From: Clostridiales bacterium UBA7103
Lineage (GTDB): Bacteria > Bacillota > Clostridia > Oscillospirales > Oscillospiraceae
Direction of reading: 5' to 3'
NCBI GenBank assembly: GCA_002493305.1
Contig: DKYJ01000032.1
Coordinates: 16,141-80,140 of the forward strand
Length of the DNA stretch: 64,000 nt
Shown here: positions 37,133 through 45,586 of the stretch, piece after piece
Position numbering within the stretch: position 1 is the stretch's first letter
Layout: every line of letters begins with the position of its first letter
Translations under genes and position numbers: made by a program
The notes under the pieces: generated by a model
Databases searched by the model: none
What the model was told of the DNA's origin: nothing
What the model saw: only the letters and a program-made list of their open reading frames with translations

Positions 37133-39385
37133 ATGAATCCTCTTTTACAAGTCAAGCTTCGTTTTTCCAATGAGGGAAACAATCAAAGACCAACTGCAAG
37201 AAATTTGAGGACACATGCAGAGACATCTGTGGAAAAAATATGCAGTCTAATTGAGTCACTTAAAGCAGTTAGACGATATTATTCAGATGTTCCTAAGATT
37301 CTCGAAAACATGCTTATCGATGTCAACTATAATGATATTATTGCCAAATCAAACAGAATTCATGACATATTGAAGCCTTCCGGAAAGTCAACGAACGACA
37401 TCGTTGTTGGGGCGCGGTTCTCCGGGGCTGATGAAGGCAAGGAAAATCATATAATAACCTACTATGTTGACTCTGCCACAGCAGAACGAACGATATCAGA
37501 ATTGGAAGTTGTAAAGGCTTTTCTTCGCGAGAAATTAGACGGAAAAGCAACTCCCCAAAACTTCAATGAGCCAGGTGCAAATATCAATTATAGTGGTTAC
37601 GAGCTCTCTAAAAACAAAATCAGGAATATTATTGTTGATTGCTCAGTAGTTGATTCTTTTTCAGTACCAGCGGTCACATCCACATCTGATCAGGAATCAT
37701 TTTTAGTTACATTTTTTAAGACTGAACTTCCTGTGACGAGTATTCTTGAAAAACTTGACATCGATAATATTCATTATCGGTATTCATTCTATGGAGATGA
37801 CACTCTTTCAATCCCGAACGATTTGTACCAGATTTTGAGTACTCAAATTCCATATCTTATTTCAATGGTTTCCACAGACTTATCTAAAATAACATTGGGA
37901 GAAATTAGTGAAAAGCAGGAACTTTCCCACATCGAGATTCCAAATCCCGAAAATGAACCAATTATTGGCGTCATAGATACGCTGTTTGATGAAAACGTAT
38001 ACTTTAGTAGGTGGGTGGAAAATGTAGATTACCTTGACGAAATTGAGCGACTCGCAGCGCGCAGTGATCCGAGAGAACACGGAACAGAAGTAACATCAAT
38101 TATTGTTGATGGCCCACGGCTTAATCCTTGGCTGGATGATCACTGCGGAAGATTTAGAGTCAAGCACTTCGGCGTGTGTACAGAAAAAATATCTATTCCC
38201 AGACTTGTTCGCAAAATCAAAGAGATTGTTATAAACAATCCTAACATACATGTTTGGAATCTGTCTCTTGGGACAGAAGATGAAGTATCAAAAAACTTTA
38301 TATCATATGATGCTGCAGTTCTTGATGAGTTGCAATCTCAGCGTAATGTTATCTTTGTAATTTCTGGAACAAACGACAACCGTTCTGAGAAAAACGGAAT
38401 TTTAAAGGTAGGATCACCCGCAGATTCTTTAAATGCAATTGTTGTTAATTCTGTAAAACGAAACGAAACACCGGCATCATATTCCCGTAAGGGTAATGTA
38501 CTATCGTTTTTCAACAAGCCCGATGTTTCCTATTATGGCGGGGATTATGATGATAGAATAATTGCCTATTCTCCCCTCAGCGGTGAAGAACCTGTATATG
38601 GAACTTCTTTTGCTGCTCCATGGATTAGTAGAAAACTGTGTTATTTAATTGATATCATGGGATTTCCCAGAGAAATAGCGAAAGCGCTTGTAATTGATTC
38701 AGCAGCAAGTTGGGACTATAAGCGCTCAACATATAAGAATAAAGAAATCGTTGGTTATGGAATCGTGCCTATAGACATTGGTGAAATCCTCTCTTCGAAT
38801 AACGATGAAATCAAATTCATGGTGCATGGAACATCCGAATCATATAAAACTACAAATTACGCAATACCCGTCCCACGAGATGAGGATGGAAAATACCCTT
38901 ATGTCGCAAGAGCTACCTTATGTTACTTTCCTATGTGTACAAGATCTCAAGGCGTTGATTATACCAACCGGGAACTGTCCCTGAAATTTGGTCGTATAAA
39001 TGCCAAGGGCGTTATTGATGATATTAACGACAACACCCAGGATGAGATTGGTGCACATGTCGATGAAAGGGCTTCCCGCAGAGAATTTAGGAAATGGGAA
39101 AATACGAAGTTTATTTCACGTGTCGTAAGGAACAACAAACCTTTAAAAGCATATGATGAAAGATTATGGGGTATTGCAATTACGTCTAAAGAAAGGCTGA
39201 CCACCCGTACAGAAAGAAACTTAAATTTTGGCGCGGTAATAACCCTCAGGGAAGTTAATGGGGTTAACCGGATTAACGATTTTGTTCGAGCCTGTAATCT
39301 TAGAGGCTGGATTGTAAATGAAATCAATGTTCAAGCTCAGCTTAACCTATACAATGCGAACCAAGAAGAGCTGAATTTTGAATGA
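37133..39385 (+). CDS. Large intracellular S8 (subtilisin-like) serine peptidase (IetS-like)
   Basis: ATG immediately follows the ATPase TAA. Catalytic residues are Asp282 (IIGVIDTL), His316 (EHGTEVTS), oxyanion Asn376 (WNLSLG) and Ser492 (YGTSFAAP). There is no signal peptide. About 270 aa N-terminal and about 230 aa C-terminal are unassigned. Confidence 0.85.
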   Translation: MNPLLQVKLRFSNEGNNQRPTARNLRTHAETSVEKICSLIESLKAVRRYYSDVPKILENMLIDVNYNDIIAKSNRIHDILKPSGKSTNDIVVGARFSGADEGKENHIITYYVDSATAERTISELEVVKAFLREKLDGKATPQNFNEPGANINYSGYELSKNKIRNIIVDCSVVDSFSVPAVTSTSDQESFLVTFFKTELPVTSILEKLDIDNIHYRYSFYGDDTLSIPNDLYQILSTQIPYLISMVSTDLSKITLGEISEKQELSHIEIPNPENEPIIGVIDTLFDENVYFSRWVENVDYLDEIERLAARSDPREHGTEVTSIIVDGPRLNPWLDDHCGRFRVKHFGVCTEKISIPRLVRKIKEIVINNPNIHVWNLSLGTEDEVSKNFISYDAAVLDELQSQRNVIFVISGTNDNRSEKNGILKVGSPADSLNAIVVNSVKRNETPASYSRKGNVLSFFNKPDVSYYGGDYDDRIIAYSPLSGEEPVYGTSFAAPWISRKLCYLIDIMGFPREIAKALVIDSAASWDYKRSTYKNKEIVGYGIVPIDIGEILSSNNDEIKFMVHGTSESYKTTNYAIPVPRDEDGKYPYVARATLCYFPMCTRSQGVDYTNRELSLKFGRINAKGVIDDINDNTQDEIGAHVDERASRREFRKWENTKFISRVVRNNKPLKAYDERLWGIAITSKERLTTRTERNLNFGAVITLREVNGVNRINDFVRACNLRGWIVNEINVQAQLNLYNANQEELNFE

Positions 39386-39388
39386 GTG

Positions 39389-39427
39389 AGTACTGCTTTT
39401 CGATTAATTTGTTCGAAAAGCAGTACT
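39389..39427 (+). terminator. Strong hairpin after the protease gene
   Basis: agtactgcttttcga-ttaatttgt-tcgaaaagcagtact: a 15-bp perfect stem starting 4 nt after the stop. The T-tract is poor. Confidence 0.6.
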
Positions 39428-39460
39428 TGCCATATATTGAGGGCTTTTCAATTTACATGA

Positions 39461-39589
39461 GCCGAGATATGCAAAATTCTCCCGGATGTAAGCCCGACTA
39501 CCGTTGAAGCTGTACTCGGCGCTATGGTAAAGAGCGGCACAATAAAACGAATTGGTTCATCGAGGGCAGCGCGATATATTAAGGCGTAG
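39461..39589 (+). pseudogene. Remnant encoding only the C-terminal winged-helix tail of a larger protein
   Basis: AEICKILPDVSPTTVEAVLGAMVKSGTIKRIGSSRAARYIKA* is preceded directly by an in-frame TGA. It resembles the C-terminal wHTH of Fic-type or ATP-binding regulator proteins (from memory). Confidence 0.4.
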
Positions 39590-39599
39590 AACAAGACGA

Positions 39600-40835
39600 G
39601 TTGTTACACGACATTATGGTGAGTATTTTCTTTCTTGCTATAATAAGTACAGCCTTATTATAGCAGAGGAGTTGAATCATCATGGGACAAAAGCATTATT
39701 CACAGATAATCAGAGACGAAGCAGTTCTGTTTTATGAGCGCGGTCACACATTTGCAGAAACACACGAAAAATACGGCATGGCTGAAAGCACATTTTTTGA
39801 ATGGAAAAAACAATTTGATCGGGCGCACCCTTTGCACGGAACTGCCATGAGCAGCGCAAGAGCGGCAAGAAAAGCCCGGCTTCATTTGGAAAAGCTGGCC
39901 TTAGAATTGGAAGTGATACGCCAGTGTCCGTATGGTGTCAACGCGTCAACGGATGATAAAATGGATGCAATCGATACCTTGCGGGGGAGATACTCTGTCC
40001 ATGTACTGTGTGAAGCGCTGAATCTTCCTCGCGGAACATATTATAACCGAAAACGGCGGGAGGGACAATTAACATCGTATGAAATAAGCGATATCGAACT
40101 TAAGCCATTGATTGAACAGATTTTCCGCGACAGTAAAAACCGCTTTGGCAGGAAACCTATACGCCAAAAGCTATCCGAAATAGGGTACCATATAAGTGAA
40201 AAAAGAATTGCCCGCATTATGAAAGAGCTGGGTTTAGAAGTCGCAAAGCCAGCCTATAAAGCGGAACACCAGAAGCCATTACCGCGATCCTACTTTAAAA
40301 ATCTGCTCTCTCGTCAGTTTGACCAGCCAGAGCCAAACCTTATTTGGGTGAGCGATATCACCTATGTAAAGGTCGGCGATCAATATTACTATATTTGCGT
40401 GATTCTGGACTTGTTTTCCAGAAGGCTGCTTTCTTATCGTATTTCAGACACCATTGATACAAGCCTGAGCCTCTCAACTTTTGATGCTGCGTTCCAACAG
40501 CGATGCAGGCCAAACAACCTAATGTTTCACAGCGATCAGGGCATACAATACACCGCATACGCTTTTCGTAAACACTTGCGTGAATTGAAGATAAAGCAAT
40601 CATTTTCAACGCCCGGTAACCCTTATGACAACTCTGTATGCGAGTCTTTTTTTCACACATTAAAAAAAGAAGCCCTCTACCACCATCTTTACAAAACGCC
40701 ACAAGAATTGGAAGAGACCTTGAAAGAATATATTGAGTTTTACAATAGCTACAGGCCCCACAGAAAGTTGAACATGAAAACTCCGATTCAGTATGAGGCG
40801 GAGTTCTTTTCTGCTGTCTGCAAATAAACGAAAAG
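39600..40835 (+). mobile_element. IS3-family insertion sequence (ends not resolved)
   Basis: Contains the transposase gene. I could not find convincing terminal inverted repeats by eye. The right end must lie between the stop (40827) and the repeat at 40836. Confidence 0.55.
39682..40827 (+). CDS. IS3-family transposase (single 381-aa ORF: HTH plus DDE domain)
   Basis: N-terminal HTH (ETHEKYGMAESTFFEWKKQF), HTH_21-like (VHVLCEALNLPRGTYYNRK), and DDE core (WVSDITYV, MFHSDQGIQYT, NPYDNSVCESFF). It is not the same element as the IS3 copy at the window start. Confidence 0.88.
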   Translation: MGQKHYSQIIRDEAVLFYERGHTFAETHEKYGMAESTFFEWKKQFDRAHPLHGTAMSSARAARKARLHLEKLALELEVIRQCPYGVNASTDDKMDAIDTLRGRYSVHVLCEALNLPRGTYYNRKRREGQLTSYEISDIELKPLIEQIFRDSKNRFGRKPIRQKLSEIGYHISEKRIARIMKELGLEVAKPAYKAEHQKPLPRSYFKNLLSRQFDQPEPNLIWVSDITYVKVGDQYYYICVILDLFSRRLLSYRISDTIDTSLSLSTFDAAFQQRCRPNNLMFHSDQGIQYTAYAFRKHLRELKIKQSFSTPGNPYDNSVCESFFHTLKKEALYHHLYKTPQELEETLKEYIEFYNSYRPHRKLNMKTPIQYEAEFFSAVCK

Positions 40836-40886
40836 CTCCCACTTTCGAATCCGGAGTTACCGGGTTCAAAAGTGGGAGCCTATTCA
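40836..40886 (-). terminator. 51-bp direct repeat, right copy; forms the terminator hairpin of tRNA-fMet on the minus strand
   Basis: On the minus strand: gctcccacttt..(ccgg-taact-ccgg)..aaagtgggagc followed by ttttcgttt, starting 2 nt after the tRNA CCA end. Confidence 0.7.
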
Positions 40887-40887
40887 G

Positions 40888-40963
<76 letters not shown>

Positions 40964-40982
40964 ATATCTTGTTAGCTTAGTA

Positions 40983-41011
40983 AGGATACCACAAAGAAGC
41001 GCGGCCGTCAA
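40983..41011 (-). promoter_or_regulatory. Candidate promoter of tRNA-fMet
   Basis: On the minus strand: TTGACG - 17 nt - TATCCT, about 20 nt upstream of the tRNA 5' end. Confidence 0.4.
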
Positions 41012-41041
41012 GCCCTAAATTCAATTTTCTTTGCCGGAAGC

Positions 41042-42478
41042 CTACGCCCGCCAGGCGTGGCGCGAGAAGAGCACAAGGATCGGGTAGATTTCCAGTCTGC
41101 CGATGAGCATGGCCAGAGACAGGGCGAGCTTGACCCCGTGGGAGAAAATGTCAAAATTCCCGGTCGGGCCCACGAGCGACATACCCGGGCCGATATTGGA
41201 CAGGCAGGAGAGCGCCGTGGTGAAATTCGTGGCTATATCAAAGCCGTCGAGCGAGACAATGAAGGTGAACAGCAGCAGGAAAAATATATACTGCGCAAAA
41301 TACACCGACACCGCCTTGATCGTTCCGTCGCTGACTCTGCGCCCGTCCATCTGTACAAGGCTCACGCTCTGGGGGTGGGCGGTCTGCTTGACCTCCACCT
41401 GAGCGGTTTTCACGAGAATGGCGACGCGGGAGATCTTCAGCCCGCCGCCGGTGCTGCCCGCGCAGGCGCCGGTGAACATAAGCAGCACCAGTATCCACTT
41501 GCAGTATTCCGGCCAGACGGTGTAATCCACCGTGCAGAAGCCGGTGGTGCTGATGATGGAAGCCACATAGAAATAGCTGTGCCGCAGGGCGAGCCCGAAG
41601 CCCCCGTAGAGCTTGCTGATACCCAGCGCGATGGCAAGCACCGCCGCAGCGACGATACCGAGATACCAGTGCAGCTCCTCATTTTTCACCACGTCCTTCC
41701 CGCGCTTTATGAGCAGCAGGAAATAGAGGTTGAAGTTCACGCCGAAGAGGATCATAAATGTGGCGGTGACAAGCTCGATATACAGGCTGTCAAAGGCGGC
41801 GATGCTGGCGGCCCGTGTGGAGAAGCCGCCCGTACCGGCGGTGGCGAAGGCGTGCAGCAGCGCGTCATAAAAGCTCATGCCGCCGCAGAGGAGGAAAACC
41901 GTCTCGGCAAGGGTGAGCGCAATATAAATAAGGTAGAGTATGGTGGCGGTCTGCCTTGCCCGGGGCACGAGCTTGCCCACGGTAGGGCCGGGAACCTCGG
42001 CGCGCATAATGTGCATGGAGTGCTCATTGCTGTTGGGCAGCACCGCCATAATGAACACCAGCACGCCCATGCCGCCTATCCAGTGGGTAAACTGCCGCCA
42101 GAACATATCGCCCCGTGGCATGGCCTCAATATTGTTCAGAACCGACGCGCCGGTTGTGGTCAAGCCGGAGACAGTCTCAAAAACGGCGTCTATATAATTG
42201 GGGATACTGCCGCTTATCACAAAGGGCAGCGCGCCGATAAGGCTCATCAGTATCCAGCCCAGCCCCACAATGGCAAACCCGTCCCGGGCAAAGAGGCGGT
42301 TGTCCCTCGGGCGCAGCAGGCGCAGCAGTGCGCCCGCGGAGGCGGCTACAGCGATGCTTATCACAAAATTCAGCACGTTTTCCCCATAGCACAGCCCTGC
42401 GGCAAGGGGCAGCAGCAACAGCCCCGCAAGACACAGGAGTATAGCGCCGAGAACGCGGCAGATCATACGATAGTTCAT
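41042..42478 (-). CDS. trkH: TrkH/KtrB-family potassium uptake membrane subunit
   Basis: 478 aa with repeated M1-P-M2 units and selectivity-filter-like TTTG/TAGTGG/STTGF/GSTGGG motifs. Confidence 0.88.
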   Translation of the reverse strand: MNYRMICRVLGAILLCLAGLLLLPLAAGLCYGENVLNFVISIAVAASAGALLRLLRPRDNRLFARDGFAIVGLGWILMSLIGALPFVISGSIPNYIDAVFETVSGLTTTGASVLNNIEAMPRGDMFWRQFTHWIGGMGVLVFIMAVLPNSNEHSMHIMRAEVPGPTVGKLVPRARQTATILYLIYIALTLAETVFLLCGGMSFYDALLHAFATAGTGGFSTRAASIAAFDSLYIELVTATFMILFGVNFNLYFLLLIKRGKDVVKNEELHWYLGIVAAAVLAIALGISKLYGGFGLALRHSYFYVASIISTTGFCTVDYTVWPEYCKWILVLLMFTGACAGSTGGGLKISRVAILVKTAQVEVKQTAHPQSVSLVQMDGRRVSDGTIKAVSVYFAQYIFFLLLFTFIVSLDGFDIATNFTTALSCLSNIGPGMSLVGPTGNFDIFSHGVKLALSLAMLIGRLEIYPILVLFSRHAWRA

Positions 42479-43839
42479 TATTTATCCTCGACAATTGCGT
42501 TTATGTCTTTAAGCCGGCCGGCGGCGGTGATGATGATGGCGTGGTCGCCGGGGAGAATGACGGAGCTGCCGTCAGGTACGATGCCCCGCCCGCCCCGGAT
42601 AATGGCGCAGATCAGGATGTTGGGCTTGAGGCGCAGATCCTTCAGCGGCGTGTTTATAAAGGCGGCGCTCGCGTCCACCTTGAATTCCAGCGCCTCCACC
42701 TTGCCGTCAGCCAGACGGTAGAGCGTCTCCATGCTGCCGCCTTCGGAGTTCTGCATGGCGCGGACATAGCGGGCCAGCTTTAAAGCGACCAACTGCTTCG
42801 GCGTTACAACGCTGTCAAGTCCGGACTGCTCCAGAATGGCGGTAAAATGCTCTTTGTTGACCTTGACGACCACCTTGCCCACATTGAAGCTTCGGGCATA
42901 GAGCGCGGTGATAACATTGTCCCCGTCGTCCCCGGTGAGAGCGACAAAGCCGTCGGTGCTTTGTATGCCGCTTTCCAGCAGCACATCCTTGCGCGTCGCG
43001 TCCCCGCAGACGATGTGCGCCTTTGGTATAAGCTCGCACAGCAGCTCGCAGCGGCTGCGGCTGCGCTCGACAATGGTGACGCTCATACCGCTCTCGATAA
43101 GCGTTTTTGCCAGATACGCCGCGACTCTGCCGCCGCCCATGAGCATGACCTTGCGCACGGGCTTCTGGTACTCCCCGGCGGAGATGAAGAAGCGGCGCAG
43201 CTCGGAAAAAGCGCCGGTGACGCTGAGCTTGTCCCCGCTGCGCAGGACAAAATCGCCGTTGGGGATAAGGGCTTCCCGCCCGCGCTCCACAACGCCCACG
43301 AGAACTTTGGCGTTGAACATCTTGGGCAGGAGCTTGAGCTGTACCCCGTCCAGCTTGCTGTTTTCCCGGATGCGGTGCTCGATGATCTCCACATTGCCCT
43401 TGGAAAACGCGTCCACCCGGACGGCGCTGGGGAAGCGCAGCACGCGGGAGATCTCCATGGCGCACTCATATTCGGGGTTGAGCACCACATCAAGCCCCAG
43501 CGCATCCCGCAGGAAATTGGTCTGCTTAAGGTATTCCGGGTCGCGGATACGCCCGACCACATGGCGCGTGCCGAGCTTGCGGGCGGATATGCCGCAGACC
43601 ATGTTCACCTCGTCCTTCTCGGTGGCGGCGAGGAGGAGATCCGCTGTCTCGGCGCCCGCCTCCTGAAGCGTCTCAGGATTGGTGGCGCTGCCCTCGACGC
43701 AGATGACATCCAGGGCGTTTGAAAGGATCTGAATAGTCTCCGGATCCCGGTCGATAACGGTGATGTCATGACCCTCGTCGGAGAGCGTTTCCGCCACAGT
43801 GTGGCCGACCTTCCCGGCACCGGCTATGATAATCTTCAT
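42478..43839 (-). CDS. trkA: TrkA potassium uptake protein (tandem RCK/NAD-binding domains)
   Basis: MKIIIAGAGKVGHTV and a second MLMGGGRVAAYLA Rossmann motif, with TrkA_C segments. Confidence 0.9.
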   Translation of the reverse strand: MKIIIAGAGKVGHTVAETLSDEGHDITVIDRDPETIQILSNALDVICVEGSATNPETLQEAGAETADLLLAATEKDEVNMVCGISARKLGTRHVVGRIRDPEYLKQTNFLRDALGLDVVLNPEYECAMEISRVLRFPSAVRVDAFSKGNVEIIEHRIRENSKLDGVQLKLLPKMFNAKVLVGVVERGREALIPNGDFVLRSGDKLSVTGAFSELRRFFISAGEYQKPVRKVMLMGGGRVAAYLAKTLIESGMSVTIVERSRSRCELLCELIPKAHIVCGDATRKDVLLESGIQSTDGFVALTGDDGDNVITALYARSFNVGKVVVKVNKEHFTAILEQSGLDSVVTPKQLVALKLARYVRAMQNSEGGSMETLYRLADGKVEALEFKVDASAAFINTPLKDLRLKPNILICAIIRGGRGIVPDGSSVILPGDHAIIITAAGRLKDINAIVEDK

Positions 43840-43966
43840 TCGTGTTTCTCTCCTGAACAGACTAAAATTGCTGTATTAAATGATACAGATTGCAGGCAAA
43901 GCTATCGGCGATGAACAGATAAGCAAGGGGAGAGTGCAGAGAAGGGACGGGAGTCCCCTTGAGACT

Positions 43967-44170
43967 GTCAAAAAACCTATGCTGCCAATGAACGACAATA
44001 GAGCAGCGGGGGAGGACGAGGGGGCAAGGCCCGCCTCGTGTACAATAGCCCGCCGCAGAAAAGGCCGGTATGTCGGGCTTTTCGGGCGAAGCGGCGTTTT
44101 GAACAATTTCAAAACGCTCGGCGGGAGAAGCGGTCAAAAAAATCCCAGCGGGACTTTTTTGACAAGCTGG
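43967..44170 (+). repeat. ~205-nt multi-hairpin repeat, family 2, copy a
   Basis: It begins with gtcaaaaaa and ends with ttttttgacaagctgg. It aligns over its whole length with the reverse complement of 51353-51557, and is flanked by the 17-nt direct repeat gggacgggagtcccctt (43944-43960 and 44173-44189). Confidence 0.75.
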
Positions 44171-44374
44171 AGGGGACGGGAGTCCCCTTTATGCGTTCAA
44201 TCAAATATAATATTAAGGCGTCGACTTTGTCGATGTCTTAATATTATAGCATTTGTTTTGCGCATTGTACAGCTTTACGATTGCGAATTTGTCTGTCGCT
44301 TGTTATAATACTGGGCAGAACATAGGCAGGCGGCAATAGTTCGGTTCCCGTCTGCTTAAGACGGGAGTCGATAC

Positions 44375-45586
44375 ATGAACACGATCGCGGTCATCGGCGG
44401 CGGCGCGTCGGGCATTATGGCGGCGCTCACCGCGGCGGAGGATAAAAATAACAGGGTGCTGCTCATAGAGCGGCAGCAGCGCATTGGACGCAAGCTCCTT
44501 GCTACCGGCAACGGGCGCTGCAACCTGAGCAATATCGGGGCGCGCATGGAAAATTACCACGGCAAGCACCCGGAATTTGTGATCCTGGCGCTGGAGGAAT
44601 TTCCCCCGGAGGCGGCGCTGGAGTTTTTCCACAGCCTCGGCCTGCTCACGGTGACGGAGGACGGCGGGCGGGTGTATCCGCTCTCAAACTCCGCCAACAG
44701 CGTGCTGGATGTGCTGCGCTTCGCCCTTGAAAAGCAGGGCGTGGAGCTGATGACGGCCTGCCCCGTGCGGGAGATACACCGGGAGAAAAAAGGCTATACC
44801 CTCATTACCGATGAGGGCGGGATCTATGCCGACAAGCTGATTGTCGCCTGCGGAGGCGCTGCGGGCGCGAAGCTCGGCGGCGTTATGGACGGGTATAAGC
44901 TCCTTGCCCCGCTTGGCCACCAGCGCACGGTGCTGCACCCGGCGCTGGTGCAGCTTACCACCGAGCCGGAGTACCCCAGAGCGCTCAAGGGCGTGCGCTC
45001 CGACGGCAGGATATGGCTCACCGCCGGCGGAAAAATTCTAACGGAAAGCGCCGGGGAGATACAGTTTACGGAAAAGGGCGTGTCCGGCATCGCGGCCTTT
45101 GACATCTCCCGCGCCGCCGCTTTCTGTGCGGAGGGCGGGCAGGTGCATATGGACTTCATACGCGCTTACTCAGCCACAGAGGTCTTTGAGCTGCTGAGCC
45201 GCCGCAGGGAGCAGCTGCCGGAGCTCTTGGCCGAGGAGCTGTTTACCGGTATGCTCCACAACCGCCTTGGCCGCATGATAGTCAAATACGCGGGGCTTGA
45301 CCGCGCCGCCGCGCTGGGTAGGCTGTCGGATAAGGAGCTTCGCACCGCCGCCGAAAGCTGCAAGGACTTCACGCTCAAGCTCCGGGGCACGGAGGGCTTT
45401 GACGCGGCGCAGGTCACTGCCGGCGGGCTGATGACCAAAGATTTTGACCCCCAGACCCTTGAAAGCCGCATTTGCCCCGGCCTTTTTGCCTGCGGAGAGC
45501 TGCTGGATATTGACGGGGACTGCGGCGGCTACAACCTCCAGTGGGCTTGGGCCAGCGGCCGTCTGGCGGGGAGGCTCGGAAGATGA
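44375..45586 (+). CDS. HI0933/BaiN-like FAD-dependent oxidoreductase
   Basis: IAVIGGGASGIMAAL, GRKLLATGNGRCNLSN, and C-terminal GGYNLQWAW. Confidence 0.8.
   Translation: MNTIAVIGGGASGIMAALTAAEDKNNRVLLIERQQRIGRKLLATGNGRCNLSNIGARMENYHGKHPEFVILALEEFPPEAALEFFHSLGLLTVTEDGGRVYPLSNSANSVLDVLRFALEKQGVELMTACPVREIHREKKGYTLITDEGGIYADKLIVACGGAAGAKLGGVMDGYKLLAPLGHQRTVLHPALVQLTTEPEYPRALKGVRSDGRIWLTAGGKILTESAGEIQFTEKGVSGIAAFDISRAAAFCAEGGQVHMDFIRAYSATEVFELLSRRREQLPELLAEELFTGMLHNRLGRMIVKYAGLDRAAALGRLSDKELRTAAESCKDFTLKLRGTEGFDAAQVTAGGLMTKDFDPQTLESRICPGLFACGELLDIDGDCGGYNLQWAWASGRLAGRLGR

Noticed and set aside
1-40835. The two IS3-family elements (1..1100 and ~39600..40835) as ends of a composite transposon
   Set aside because: Their transposases are clearly different proteins. 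The intervening 38 kb is ordinary GC-rich core genome.
41057-42721. 554-aa plus-strand ORF over trkH/trkA
   Set aside because: It is antisense to the TrkH and TrkA genes, which have unmistakable family motifs. The product is Arg/Gly/His/Ala-rich with no domain signature.
43840-44374. Possible c-di-AMP (ydaO-type) riboswitch in the long leader of trkA
   Set aside because: K+ uptake genes often carry one. Here, however, most of the leader is the family-2 repeat, which recurs upstream of an unrelated XRE gene, and I could not recognise the conserved ydaO core. It should still be scanned with Rfam, but I do not call it.
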